A stretch of 48,886 nt of DNA from Candidatus Nanopelagicales bacterium (lineage in GTDB: Bacteria > Actinomycetota > Actinomycetes > S36-B12). The DNA is taken from positions 15,281 to 64,166 of the forward strand of contig JANQZS010000099.1 in assembly GCA_030728405.1 (NCBI GenBank), given 5' to 3'. Positions 21,443-31,198 of this stretch are shown here, piece by piece. The notes under the pieces are model-generated. The model did not search any database. It was not told the DNA's origin and saw nothing but the letters and a program-made list of their open reading frames with translations. The translations under genes were made by a program, and so were the position numbers. The stretch's first letter is position 1; each line of letters opens with the position of its first letter.

Positions 21443-22387
21443 ATGCGCCTGATCTTTGCCGGAACGCCTTCTCCTGCTGTTGTGGCTTTGGAGGCTTTGC
21501 TTGCCTCGCACCATGAAATTGTTGCGGTGGTCACACGCCCAGATGCCCCTGCGGGTAGAGGAAGAACGCTGGTGCCGAGTCCGGTTTCGGAATTGGCCAG
21601 CTCGCGTGGAATCGAAGTCCTCACACCGACATCACCGGGAGATCCTGATTTCATTTCCAGGTTCACAGAGTTCGCGCCAGATTGCGCTCCGATCGTTGCT
21701 TTCGGCGGTCTGATCACGCCCGCTTTGCTCAATGTTCCAAAGTTTGGCTGGGTGAATCTGCACTTTTCGCTGTTGCCCAGATGGCGGGGTGCGGCGCCAG
21801 TGCAACATGCGATGTGGAATGGCGATGATGTAACGGGCGCCACAACCTTCGTATTGGAGCAGGGGCTAGATACGGGGCCAATTCTGGGTCAGGTCATCGA
21901 GGAGATTGACCCACGAGATACATCGGGGGCGTTGCTGGAGCGGCTCTCTGTGGTGGGTGCACAACTTTTGGTCGACACCCTCGACTCTCTCGAAAACGGA
22001 ACTGCGAGGGCCATTGAACAAAGTAGTGACGGAGTCACAACGGCCCCAAAGATCACTGTGGCAGATGCGCAGATTGACTGGCGCAGTGATGCGGAGTCAA
22101 TCGACCGGCAGATTCGCGCCTGCACACCTCATCCCGGTGCATGGACCTCGTGGGGAGATCAGCGAATCAAGATTGGTCCTGTGTCTGCTTCAGCTCAGAT
22201 GGTTGAAGTGAGTCTCTGTGCTCCAGGTAGCGCTCCAGGTAGCGCTGCGTTGATTGGCCATCACGTGGTGGTTGCCACCGGCGGTATGCCGGTGCAATTG
22301 GGTCTTGTGCAACCACCCGGAAAGAAGTTAATGCCAGCGATTGACTGGTGGAGAGGCTTGAGGTCAGAAGATGTCATCTTCACCTGA
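21443..22387 (+). CDS. fmt: Methionyl-tRNA formyltransferase
   Basis: MRLIFAGTP, TRPDAPAGRG, NLHFSLLPRWRGAAPVQ and GLDTGP. Confidence 0.97.
   Translation: MRLIFAGTPSPAVVALEALLASHHEIVAVVTRPDAPAGRGRTLVPSPVSELASSRGIEVLTPTSPGDPDFISRFTEFAPDCAPIVAFGGLITPALLNVPKFGWVNLHFSLLPRWRGAAPVQHAMWNGDDVTGATTFVLEQGLDTGPILGQVIEEIDPRDTSGALLERLSVVGAQLLVDTLDSLENGTARAIEQSSDGVTTAPKITVADAQIDWRSDAESIDRQIRACTPHPGAWTSWGDQRIKIGPVSASAQMVEVSLCAPGSAPGSAALIGHHVVVATGGMPVQLGLVQPPGKKLMPAIDWWRGLRSEDVIFT
22220..22246 (+). repeat. In-frame 12-bp tandem duplication within fmt (APGS-APGS-A)
   Basis: GCTCCAGGTAGC GCTCCAGGTAGC GCT. Confidence 0.8.
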
Positions 22388-23735
22388 TGCACCGCGGCTT
22401 GCCGCCATGGAAATGTTTCGTGCGGTGCGCGATGACCAAGCGTATGCGAACCTATTGATGCCGTCGCTGTTAGAAAAATTCGGGCTAGATGGTCGCGATG
22501 CTGCATTTGCTACGGAATTGGCATATGGCTCAATGCGAATGCAGGGCTTGTACGACGCGATCCTGGCTCGTTGTTCAAAAAGGGCCATGGCTGACATCGA
22601 ACCCGGAGTCCACGACGCCCTGATTCTGGGCGCCCATCAACTGTTGAGCATGCGGGTCCCAGATCATGCCGCGGTTGACACCTCATGTGCTCTTGTCCGG
22701 GCTGTTGGCGCCCATGCGCGCGCCGACCTGCGTGCAGGTTTTGTGAACGCCGTATTGCGTTGTGTCGCTAAGCGGGATCTTGATGAGTGGCTCATTGAGT
22801 TGGGCATCGACAACGCATCAACGGATGCTCAATTGGCTGTTCGCTATTCCCACCCCGAGTGGATCGTGACTGCGATGCGTGCTGCCAGAGGCGAGCGAGG
22901 TGAAGTTGCGGCGTTACTCGCCGCCGACAACGAGGCTGCCCGCCCAGCATTGGCGGTTCTCGAAGGCGACCGCAGAGAAGTCCTTGATCAACCCGGCGTC
23001 AGCATTGGTCAGTGGTCGGAGTGCGCTGTGATCGTGGATTCTGGGGTACCTGGGCTGGTGCCTGCAGTACGAGCAGGTCGAGCCATCGTGCAAGACGAAG
23101 GCAGCCAATTGGTCACTCAAGCACTCATGCTGGTGCCGGTTCCTGGACCCGAATCGGCCTGGCTTGATATGTGTGCAGGTCCTGGCGGCAAAGCTCGTCT
23201 GCTGGCTTCGCGACGACCCTCGCCGTCGATCCACCTCACAGCATGTGAAATGCACCCGCATCGCGCAGAGCTAGTCCGTGAGGCACTTCTGCGGGGCAAC
23301 CCAGATTCAGGCACCTTCGATGTAGTGGTGGGCGATGCCCGTACCCGGCCGTGGGGTAATCGAACTTTTGACCGAATCTTGGTCGACGCACCCTGCACAG
23401 GCTTGGGGGCATTACGCAGAAGGCCCGAAGCGCGATGGCGCAAATCCCACGAGGATGTCACTGAGTTAGCTGGTCTGCAGCGCGGGTTGCTCAATGCCGC
23501 CATCGACAGTCTTCGCAAGGACGGCGTTGTTGCCTACGTAACGTGCTCACCGCATCTTCGAGAAACAGTCGACATCGTCGACGATATCGTGATGCGTAGA
23601 GACGACATCGAAGTTATTGATGCCCGACCGTACCTGCCAGGTGTACCCGATCTGGGTGATGGTCCCACGGTGCAGTTGTGGCCCGATGTCCATGGCACTG
23701 ATGCGATGTTCCTCGCTTTGATCAGGCGCGTCTAA
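22371..23735 (+). CDS. rsmB: 16S rRNA m5C967 methyltransferase RsmB/Sun (NusB-like domain plus NOL1/NOP2 domain)
   Basis: AYANL, ATEL.YG, VQDEGSQL, LDMCAGPGGK, LVDAPCTGLG.LRRRPE and YVTCS. Confidence 0.92.
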   Translation: MSSSPDAPRLAAMEMFRAVRDDQAYANLLMPSLLEKFGLDGRDAAFATELAYGSMRMQGLYDAILARCSKRAMADIEPGVHDALILGAHQLLSMRVPDHAAVDTSCALVRAVGAHARADLRAGFVNAVLRCVAKRDLDEWLIELGIDNASTDAQLAVRYSHPEWIVTAMRAARGERGEVAALLAADNEAARPALAVLEGDRREVLDQPGVSIGQWSECAVIVDSGVPGLVPAVRAGRAIVQDEGSQLVTQALMLVPVPGPESAWLDMCAGPGGKARLLASRRPSPSIHLTACEMHPHRAELVREALLRGNPDSGTFDVVVGDARTRPWGNRTFDRILVDAPCTGLGALRRRPEARWRKSHEDVTELAGLQRGLLNAAIDSLRKDGVVAYVTCSPHLRETVDIVDDIVMRRDDIEVIDARPYLPGVPDLGDGPTVQLWPDVHGTDAMFLALIRRV

Positions 23736-23769
23736 GCCCACAACAATCGCCGCGAGTAGGCTTGTACAT

Positions 23770-24435
23770 GTGGGTGTTCTGATGTCGCCAAGTGTTCTTG
23801 ACTGTGACCTCACGCGCCTGCATGATGAAATCAGTCGCGTATCAAATGTCGCGGACATGATCCATCTCGATGTCATGGACAACCATTTTGTCCCAAATCT
23901 CACGTTCGGCCTACCCATCGTTCGTAAGGTGATTAGTGAATGTTCGATCCCAGCTGATTGCCATTTGATGATTGATGATCCTGATAGGTGGGCGCCGGAA
24001 TATGCTGAAGCGGGTGCTTACAGCGTCACCTTTCATGTGGAGGCAGCGACCGATCCCATTCGGGTAGCCCGGGATATTCGCGCAGCGGGTGCGCGCTGTG
24101 GTGTGGCGGTAAAACCTGGAACCTCTGCCAACGCCATTGAGGATCTGCTGCCTTTCGTCGACATGGTTTTGGTCATGACGGTTGAGCCTGGTTTTGGCGG
24201 TCAGTCATTTATGGCCGATCAATTGGCGAAGGTGTCAACCATTCGGTCCTGGGTCAATAAGTCAGGTGCAGACATCTGGGTTCAGGTTGATGGGGGTGTT
24301 GGGCCCTCCACAATCGAACAATGCGCGGAAGCAGGTGCAAACGTGTTTGTTGCTGGTTCGGCTGTCTATCGTTCACCAGATCCCGCAGCCATGGTCACCG
24401 CTCTTCGCTCGATGGCAGAACTTTCCAGCGCGTGA
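23770..24435 (+). CDS. rpe: Ribulose-phosphate 3-epimerase
   Basis: HLDVMDNHFVPNLTFG, DCHLMI, VMTVEPGFGGQ and VDGG; leaderless -10 TAGGCT at 23757-23762. Confidence 0.96.
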   Translation: MGVLMSPSVLDCDLTRLHDEISRVSNVADMIHLDVMDNHFVPNLTFGLPIVRKVISECSIPADCHLMIDDPDRWAPEYAEAGAYSVTFHVEAATDPIRVARDIRAAGARCGVAVKPGTSANAIEDLLPFVDMVLVMTVEPGFGGQSFMADQLAKVSTIRSWVNKSGADIWVQVDGGVGPSTIEQCAEAGANVFVAGSAVYRSPDPAAMVTALRSMAELSSA

Positions 24436-25451
24436 ATCACTTCGATCCTCCGGCGCAGTGGCTCGCCCACATGCGTTCTGCACTGCTACTTGCAACGGAC
24501 CCGAGCGCACCTCGGGGTGAAAATCCGCGGGTCGGTTGCGTGATCGTTGATGACAGTGGTCATGTTGTCGGTACTGGGTTTCACCTCGGGGCTGGAACGG
24601 CTCACGCGGAAGTGGTGGCTCTTGCTGTCGCGGGGGAACAGGCACAGGGTGCAACAGCATTTGTGACTGTGGAACCATGCCGGCACTCCGGGCGAACCGG
24701 TCCGTGCACTCAGGCGCTCATCGAAGCTGGCGTGAGTCGGGTCGTGATTGCGATGCTTGATCCCACGGAGCAGGCGGGGGGCGGTTCGGCAGAACTTGAG
24801 GCCGCTGGCATCGAAGTATTCAACGGGGTCCTGGAAGCTGAATCAAGCGCCATCAACGCCGAATGGGTATTTGCATATCGAACTGGTCGACCTTTTGTGA
24901 TTGCTAAAACGGCGATGAGTCTTGACGGACGAGTTGCCGGACCGGGTGGCTCGCCTCTCGCCATCAGTGGTCCCGACTCTTTGAAGTTTGCCCATGCATG
25001 CCGGTCTGAAGTTCAGGCGATACTCGTGGGGACCGGAACCGTACTTGCAGATGATCCTGAGTTGTCGATCAGACATGGAGCAACGATCGCGGGTGAACCG
25101 CCCCTGCGGGTCGTAGTTGGGGGGCGTTCAGTCCCGCCCAATGCTCGAATTCGAAACGATGCCGCTCCCACGTGGATTGCCGGAGCTATGTCCCCGCAGG
25201 CGGTCTTGACCGAACTCTTCAGTCGCGGAGTGCGAAGTGTGCTTATTGAGGGCGGCCCGCACCTGCTTCAGTCCTTTGTGGACGCAGATCTCGTAGACCG
25301 ATTTCTGTGGTTCATTGCACCAATTCTCATTGGCGAAGGCCCCACGGCACTCAATGCCATGGAAGGAGCAGTGGGAGTCAATGTGCAGTCGGTTCGCATG
25401 CTCGGGGAGGATATGTGCATCACCGCCGAACCTCGGCGGCCCAGCACCTGA
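24432..25451 (+). CDS. ribD: Diaminohydroxyphosphoribosylaminopyrimidine deaminase / reductase
   Basis: NPRVGCV, HAE, TVEPC.H.GRT.PC, SLDG, VGTGT..ADDP and IEGG; GTG 24432 overlaps the rpe stop (GTGA). Confidence 0.94.
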   Translation: MNHFDPPAQWLAHMRSALLLATDPSAPRGENPRVGCVIVDDSGHVVGTGFHLGAGTAHAEVVALAVAGEQAQGATAFVTVEPCRHSGRTGPCTQALIEAGVSRVVIAMLDPTEQAGGGSAELEAAGIEVFNGVLEAESSAINAEWVFAYRTGRPFVIAKTAMSLDGRVAGPGGSPLAISGPDSLKFAHACRSEVQAILVGTGTVLADDPELSIRHGATIAGEPPLRVVVGGRSVPPNARIRNDAAPTWIAGAMSPQAVLTELFSRGVRSVLIEGGPHLLQSFVDADLVDRFLWFIAPILIGEGPTALNAMEGAVGVNVQSVRMLGEDMCITAEPRRPST

Positions 25452-25468
25452 TCAATTCAAGGAGTGAC

Positions 25469-26065
25469 GTGTTCACTGGCATCGTCGAGGAGATTGGCAT
25501 CGTGGAGGCCATTGAGCCTCTGGATCAAGCCTCGCGGATTCGAATCCGAGGGCCAATCGTCACCTCCGATGTACAGCCGGGCGACTCCATCTCGGTCAAC
25601 GGGGTGTGCCTCACTGTCGTTGACCCTGTGGAGGGCACTTTCGCGGCCGACGTGATGGCTGAAACGCTGTCGAGGAGTTCCTTGGCTGCCATTGAGGTTG
25701 GCGCGGCGGTCAACTTAGAGCGAGCCGCACGGGTCGATAGTCGATTAGGCGGGCACATTGTTCAGGGCCATGTGGACGGGATCGGACACATCTCAGGTAT
25801 TCAGCAGCAAGAGAATTGGACCTTGATGACCATTGAACTTCCCCATGAGTTAAGTCGTTACCTCGTCGAGAAGGGCTCCATCACCGTCGACGGAGTTTCG
25901 TTGACAGTGGTCTCTGTCACTCCCCATGAGTTCGTCATTTCCTTAATACCCACCACTCTGGCGGAGACCACCCTCGGATCTAAATCGACGGGGGATACGG
26001 TGAACCTTGAAGTGGACGTCATCGCCAAGTATGTCGAGAAAATGCTGGAAGGGAGGGTCGGATGA
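25469..26065 (+). CDS. ribE: Riboflavin synthase (alpha chain)
   Basis: MFTGIVEE N-terminus (GTG 25469 after AAGGAG); [29 protein letters not shown] and [13 protein letters not shown]. Confidence 0.96.
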   Translation: MFTGIVEEIGIVEAIEPLDQASRIRIRGPIVTSDVQPGDSISVNGVCLTVVDPVEGTFAADVMAETLSRSSLAAIEVGAAVNLERAARVDSRLGGHIVQGHVDGIGHISGIQQQENWTLMTIELPHELSRYLVEKGSITVDGVSLTVVSVTPHEFVISLIPTTLAETTLGSKSTGDTVNLEVDVIAKYVEKMLEGRVG

Positions 26066-27378
26066 TTCCCGCTGAAGAGTTGTTCGCTGGAGAGCCAACC
26101 GCATCCGACTCGGCTATCGCGGTTTTGCGCAACAGAAGTCACTCCTCCGACGACGGTGTCGAGTTAGACACCATCGAGAGTGCTCTTGATGAACTGCGAA
26201 AAGGACGACCGATCCTCGTCATTGATGATGCAGATCGTGAAAATGAAGGCGATATGATCTTCGCTGCCCAATTGGCCACCCCCGAAATCGTCGGCCTCAT
26301 GATCCGCCACACATCGGGCTACATCTGTGTGGGTATGACAGGCGAAGACCTCGACCGGTTGGGACTCCCGCCGATGACCGCGGTCAATGAAGACCGCAAA
26401 CAGACCGCGTACGCGGTTTCGGTTGATGCCCGCGATGTCAAAACGACGGGTATTTCTGCCGAGGATCGGGCGCGCACCATCAAAGTTCTTAGTGATTCAT
26501 CGACCGAGCCGTATGACCTCACCCGCCCCGGCCACGTCATGCCACTGAGGGCTGTTCCGGGAGGCATTTTGCGCCGGCCGGGTCACACTGAAGCCGCCGT
26601 AGACCTCACCCGACTTGCCGGGTTGAACCCCGCGGGCGCACTGTGCGAAATGGTCAACGACGACGGCACCATGATGAACGCGGTCCAGTGCCGTGAGTTT
26701 GCCGATGACCACGGTTTGGTTCTCATCTCAATCGCCGATCTCATTCGCTTTCGTCGTCGTGTCGAGTCCCAGGTCACGCGTGTCACCGAAACCCTGCTTC
26801 CTACTGAATTCGGAGACTTCGCGGCCTTCGGCTTCCGCAGCGAGGTTGATGGAACAGAACATGTGGCACTTGTCGTTGGCGACATTGGCGACGGTGAGTC
26901 TGTGCTCGTCCGGGTGCACTCGGAGTGTTTGACCGGCGACGTCTTCGGCTCTTTGCGGTGCGATTGTGGTCCGCAATTGCACGTTGCCATGCAAAGAATC
27001 GCTGCGGAAGGTCGTGGCGTCGTTCTCTATGTCAAAGGTCATGAAGGTCGGGGGATTGGACTTCTGGACAAACTGCGGGCATACACCCTGCAAGACGGTG
27101 GTCTCGATACCGTTGATGCAAACATTGAACTCGGCCTTCCCGCAGATGCGCGTGACTATGGAACTGGTGCGCAGATATTGGTCGATCTGGGCGTGCGCAG
27201 CATGCGGCTGCTCACAAATAATCCAGCCAAACGGGCCGGACTTGAGGGCTACGGACTTTCGATCATCGATCGAGTGCCACTCGTGGTCGGTCACAACGAC
27301 GTCAACCGGGATTATTTGGATACAAAGGTGCGGCGAATGTCGCACGACTTTGCTGCTGACCAGGAGATAGTCGAATGA
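26062..27378 (+). CDS. ribBA: Bifunctional 3,4-dihydroxy-2-butanone-4-phosphate synthase / GTP cyclohydrolase II
   Basis: [45 protein letters not shown] and LLTNNP. Confidence 0.97.
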   Translation: MIPAEELFAGEPTASDSAIAVLRNRSHSSDDGVELDTIESALDELRKGRPILVIDDADRENEGDMIFAAQLATPEIVGLMIRHTSGYICVGMTGEDLDRLGLPPMTAVNEDRKQTAYAVSVDARDVKTTGISAEDRARTIKVLSDSSTEPYDLTRPGHVMPLRAVPGGILRRPGHTEAAVDLTRLAGLNPAGALCEMVNDDGTMMNAVQCREFADDHGLVLISIADLIRFRRRVESQVTRVTETLLPTEFGDFAAFGFRSEVDGTEHVALVVGDIGDGESVLVRVHSECLTGDVFGSLRCDCGPQLHVAMQRIAAEGRGVVLYVKGHEGRGIGLLDKLRAYTLQDGGLDTVDANIELGLPADARDYGTGAQILVDLGVRSMRLLTNNPAKRAGLEGYGLSIIDRVPLVVGHNDVNRDYLDTKVRRMSHDFAADQEIVE

Positions 27379-27851
27379 GCGGCCTTGGCTCACCCATTAT
27401 TGAACTTGATGCGAGTGGGATGCAGATTGCGCTGATCGCAGCATCGTGGCACGACCAGGTGATGGATGGTTTGATCGCGGGAGCATTGCGCGCTGCCGAT
27501 CAGATGGGCGCCGTGGCGCAAGTCTGGCGAGTCCCAGGATCCTTTGAACTCCCACTGATCGCACAACAGGCAGCCTTAAGTGGGAAATTCGAAGCAGTCG
27601 TTGCACTGGGAGTGATCATCAGAGGTGGCACCCCGCACTTCGAATACGTGAGCTCTGCGGCAACCGATGGGCTCAATCGGGTGGCACTTGATACGAACGT
27701 GCCCGTGGGCTTTGGCCTCTTGACATGTGACGATGAGGCGCAGGCACTGGATCGAGCCGGCCTCACCGATTCCCGAGAAGACAAGGGCGCCGAGGCCACC
27801 ATGGCTGCAGTGAGTGCGGCTCTCGTGCTCCGCGATCTGCGCTCACTCTAG
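27375..27851 (+). CDS. ribH: 6,7-dimethyl-8-ribityllumazine synthase
   Basis: [37 protein letters not shown] and KG.EA. Confidence 0.96.
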   Translation: MSGLGSPIIELDASGMQIALIAASWHDQVMDGLIAGALRAADQMGAVAQVWRVPGSFELPLIAQQAALSGKFEAVVALGVIIRGGTPHFEYVSSAATDGLNRVALDTNVPVGFGLLTCDDEAQALDRAGLTDSREDKGAEATMAAVSAALVLRDLRSL

Positions 27852-27860
27852 GGTTGGCCC

Positions 27861-28124
27861 ATGAAGACCTTTGACGAGTTGTTCGCTGAACTCACTGCGA
27901 AGGTGGCCGCCAGTGATCCGCAATCGGGAACAGTGCGCCTCGTTGAGCAGGGCGTTCACGCGATTGGCAAGAAAGTTGTCGAAGAAGCATCGGAAGTGTG
28001 GATGGCCGCCGAACATGAAGGGCGCGAGCGCTCCGCTGAGGAAATATCTCAACTTCTTTATCACGTGCAAGTACTTATGATCGCCAAAGGCATCAGCCTT
28101 GATGATGTCTACCAACAACTTTAG
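27861..28124 (+). CDS. hisE: Phosphoribosyl-ATP pyrophosphatase
   Basis: [11 protein letters not shown]...[17 protein letters not shown]...EEISQLLYH; leaderless -10 TAGGGT at 27849-27854. Confidence 0.96.
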   Translation: MKTFDELFAELTAKVAASDPQSGTVRLVEQGVHAIGKKVVEEASEVWMAAEHEGRERSAEEISQLLYHVQVLMIAKGISLDDVYQQL

Positions 28125-28134
28125 GAGTATTACG

Positions 28135-28980
28135 TTGCTTCGCGTAGCAGTTCCCAACAAGGGTCAGTTGGCTGAGCCAGCCCGTCAAATGCTGTCTGAA
28201 GCGGGCTACTTGAGAAATGCTGGTGTGCGAGATTTGGTGGTGCACGATCCTGACAACGATGTGGAGTTCTTCTTCCTCCGTCCGCGAGATATTGCCATTT
28301 ACGTCGGCGAAGGCACCTTGGATCTCGGCGTGACCGGTCGCGACATGCTGCTCGATTCACGGGCGGCAGCAACCGAAGTGGTTGCTCTTGGATTTGCTCC
28401 TTCAACTTTTCGCCTCGCGGCTCCCATCGGAAGCATCTCCTCAGTGTCGGATCTCAATGGCCTTCGAATTGCCACTTCATATTCCGGCATCCTTGAGGAT
28501 TGGCTGGAACAACAAGGCGTCAAGGCTCGGGTCGTTCGACTTGATGGAGCAGTGGAAAACGCAGTCGCTCTCGGTGTTGCCGATGCGGTGGCCGATGTTG
28601 TTGCGACTGGCACGACCTTGAAGCGTGCAGGTCTGGAGGTGATCGGTGACCCAATCCTGATTTCAGAGGCACTCGTCGTCCGCCCGAATGATGCACTCGA
28701 AACACCCGCGGTTGAAACTTTCGTGCGCAGATTGCATGGAGTTATGGTGGCGCGTTCCTATGTACTCGTCGATTACGACATTCCCAATGGCCAGTTAGAT
28801 GCCGCTTGCCTCATCACGCCAGGAATTGAGTCGCCCACTGTTTCATCACTGCACGATTCCACGTGGTCCGCGGTTCGGGCGATGGTGCCCGCACTGGACG
28901 TTCATCGCGTCATGGATGAGTTGTATGGTCTTGGCGCCCGAGGGATTCTCGTGACTGACATTCATGCTTGCCGGTTGTAG
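28135..28980 (+). CDS. hisG: ATP phosphoribosyltransferase (long form)
   Basis: MLRVAVPNKG (TTG 28135 after AGGAG); RPRDIA.YV, RIATSY, DGAVE, ADVVATG.TL and PG.ESPTVS. Confidence 0.96.
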   Translation: MLRVAVPNKGQLAEPARQMLSEAGYLRNAGVRDLVVHDPDNDVEFFFLRPRDIAIYVGEGTLDLGVTGRDMLLDSRAAATEVVALGFAPSTFRLAAPIGSISSVSDLNGLRIATSYSGILEDWLEQQGVKARVVRLDGAVENAVALGVADAVADVVATGTTLKRAGLEVIGDPILISEALVVRPNDALETPAVETFVRRLHGVMVARSYVLVDYDIPNGQLDAACLITPGIESPTVSSLHDSTWSAVRAMVPALDVHRVMDELYGLGARGILVTDIHACRL

Positions 28981-28990
28981 TCGCGCACCG

Positions 28991-30175
28991 TTAGGCAACG
29001 ACTGCGCCTTTTTTCAATGGCACAATCGCAATGAACTGGGCAGAACAAATGATCGCTATGAGTGTGAAAATCATGGCCCAGGAATCAAACGCGTCGTAAA
29101 TTGTTCCGGCGATAAACGGTCCAGACGCCGCGATGAGATAGGTCACGAAGAACGCCATCGCGGTCAAACGGGCGGCGGCGGCTGCGTTGGGTGAAAGATC
29201 GCTGAGAAGACCCAATGACATAGCGAATCCACCACTGAGAAAGTATCCGAGTCCAAAAAGGACCAGCGGCGGGGCAAAGTCAGGCACCCAAGCAATGCAC
29301 AACAACGTGAGTACCGTCATGAAGATGGTCGAAGCAAAGAGTGTGCGCCGATGAACTATCCGGTGCGATATGGCCGGGAGGGTCAGCGCTGAGGTCACCT
29401 GCGCTACGGCGAACACTGCGAACAGCCAGCCAGCATCGGTTTGGCTCCAACCTCGCTCGGCGTATGAGGGCGCAATCCACGCAAGCGCACTGTAGAAAAC
29501 GATGGAATTTATCGTAAGAAATGCAGTGAGTGCCCAAGCGGTGCGATTTCGCCATGGAAGCTCACGCAGTCGTACCAAGGTAGCTGGGCGCACGTGTTGC
29601 ACAGTGGTTCGTTCTGCCAATTGCCATACCACCAGTGCAATAGCGCCGGGGATCGCCCAGACGGCTAGCGCCAATTGCCAGGAACCCCACCACAATGCGA
29701 GTGGCACCGTGATGGCGCTGGCGATAGCGGCACCACCCATCAAGCTCGACGTCCAAGCGCCGGTGGCTTTGCCCATTGCGTTGGGCATTTGTTCGCGGAC
29801 CAGCCCAGGCACAAGGCCGGTCGCGAGAGCGATGCCAATGCCTGCAAGGGCAGCCGAGAAGAGTAGGACCGTTCCCTGCACAGCAAACGCCCGCATTCCG
29901 ATAGCGATTGTGAGAACGACCAATGCGATCGTTACCGTGCGCGTGCGGCCGACCCGTTGAGCGAGTGCGGGAACCACGAGTGCAAAAAGCCCCATCATTA
30001 CTACCGGAAGGGTTGTCAGCAAGCCAGCGGTGGCGCTATTCCAGCCAAATTCCTCCTGGATTTGCACCACCACGGTCGGCACGCTCGTGAGAGCCGGTCG
30101 CAAATTGACCGCGATCATGATTACTGAAACCCACAGCAACACGCGAGGAGTCTTCGTGGACGTCGTGGTGGGCAC
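28991..30175 (-). CDS. MFS transporter, CynX/NimT (cyanate permease-like) family
   Basis: About 12 hydrophobic segments; A.NLRPA.TS in TM1, AGLLTTLP, W...LA.WA.P and AA.LTAMA..V.YLIAA.GP are typical of the CynX-like family; substrate unknown. Confidence 0.8.
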   Translation of the reverse strand: MPTTTSTKTPRVLLWVSVIMIAVNLRPALTSVPTVVVQIQEEFGWNSATAGLLTTLPVVMMGLFALVVPALAQRVGRTRTVTIALVVLTIAIGMRAFAVQGTVLLFSAALAGIGIALATGLVPGLVREQMPNAMGKATGAWTSSLMGGAAIASAITVPLALWWGSWQLALAVWAIPGAIALVVWQLAERTTVQHVRPATLVRLRELPWRNRTAWALTAFLTINSIVFYSALAWIAPSYAERGWSQTDAGWLFAVFAVAQVTSALTLPAISHRIVHRRTLFASTIFMTVLTLLCIAWVPDFAPPLVLFGLGYFLSGGFAMSLGLLSDLSPNAAAAARLTAMAFFVTYLIAASGPFIAGTIYDAFDSWAMIFTLIAIICSAQFIAIVPLKKGAVVA

Positions 30176-30205
30176 GCACAGAGTCTTGCGCTTTACCCTT
30201 GTGCA

Positions 30206-30658
30206 ATGTCGAGTGGGGATACGCCGAACACACCAGGCGGTGGTCGGACCATCGCCGGATCGGCCTTTGGCTCAGACGACGGTTCTGCAGATCCGGTCTT
30301 GCGCGCGCTTCTTGAAGCTAAATCTGCCTCTGCCCGAGAACTACTGGGGACCGCGCGGCTTCTGGTCGCGGTCATTGCTGTGGCTGATGAAGTCGATCAG
30401 GAGTCAGGTGCCGACAAGGACTCGCACATGGCGGTCGTGTCCATGGTCAATGCAGCAGGGGAGCGCGGCCTCTTGGCGTTCACGGGGCTCGATGCCATGG
30501 CGCTGTGGGATCCGGTCGCACGGCCAGTTCCCGTCACAGGAGCCGCAGCCGCGCAGGCCACCCTTGACGATGGGAACACCGCACTGGTGATTGATGTCTG
30601 CGGCCCTCACAGGTATGTGGTTGCTGGCGAAGAACTGAAGAGACTCGCGAATCAGTAA
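30206..30658 (+). CDS. SseB-family protein (actinobacterial)
   Basis: F.DDDGSADP, ARLLV.V.A, DK.SHMAVV, L.AFT....M..W.P.ARPVP and VID..GP; leaderless -10 TACCCT at 30194-30199. Confidence 0.8.
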   Translation: MSSGDTPNTPGGGRTIAGSAFGSDDGSADPVLRALLEAKSASARELLGTARLLVAVIAVADEVDQESGADKDSHMAVVSMVNAAGERGLLAFTGLDAMALWDPVARPVPVTGAAAAQATLDDGNTALVIDVCGPHRYVVAGEELKRLANQ

Positions 30659-30993
30659 ACTGGGCCGGTCAGGTCTTCCCCTGGTCCCATTCCAGGTGGA
30701 TCCGGGATCACCGACGCCTCACGAAATGCCCGCTGTAGTGAGGAGAGTCCATCTCGGAGTGGTGCCGCATGAATGCTGCCAAGGCTGGGCGCTGCAGCGG
30801 TTACCAGACCGGCTAAAGCCGTGATCAGAATCCTGGCTTCTGCAAGATCTGTTTGGTCGTCGGTCTCGCCCGATTCCCCTCCTGAATCCTCGCCTAAGCC
30901 GCAGGCCACAGCGGAGGCCGACATCAGGTGGAGGGCGACCGTTAGCACGACCTCAACGGCTGGAACCTCACCGATTTCCAAGCGCTCACTCAT
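30652..30993 (-). CDS. DUF1844-family protein divergent from infC
   Basis: EVPAVEV...A.HLMSA.AV.CGL...DL.EAR.LI.ALAGLVTAAAP...H..PLRDGL..LQ.AFREAS..PD.PG.GPGE..TGPV; true start ATG 30993, not the 31413 of the ORF track. Confidence 0.85.
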   Translation of the reverse strand: MSERLEIGEVPAVEVVLTVALHLMSASAVACGLGEDSGGESGETDDQTDLAEARILITALAGLVTAAAPSLGSIHAAPLRDGLSSLQRAFREASVIPDPPGMGPGEDLTGPVY

Positions 30994-31011
30994 GGCTGCT
31001 ACCCTTGCACC

Positions 31012-31198
31012 AATCTCACCCGGCTTCACGGCCGGGTAGTGCAAGCGGAGCTGGCAGCTCCCACCTGATAACCCCTGGTTGTCTAGGTCGAGTGACGGGA
31101 TCGATTCCGTCTGTCTGCCTCCGTGCGCGCTGCGCCGGAGGCTTTTTATGTGGCGTGAGATTGCACGCCAGCATTGTCCCCTCGAGCAAGGAGGCGCC
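31012..31198 (+). promoter_or_regulatory. Structured 5' leader of infC-rpmI-rplT with an internal intrinsic terminator (putative attenuator / ribosomal-protein leader)
   Basis: -10 TACCCT 31000-31005; hairpins at 31018-31037, 31047-31061, 31063-31088 and 31094-31111, then a terminator at 31117-31147. Confidence 0.6.
31117..31147 (+). terminator. Rho-independent terminator about 50 nt upstream of the infC start
   Basis: GCCTCCG-T-GCGC-GCT-GCGC-CGGAGGC followed by TTTTT. Confidence 0.75.

Noticed and set aside
22220-22246. 12-bp tandem repeat in fmt as a phase-variation or contingency locus
   Set aside because: Only two copies, in frame, in a variable loop of the C-terminal domain; most likely a neutral slippage duplication.
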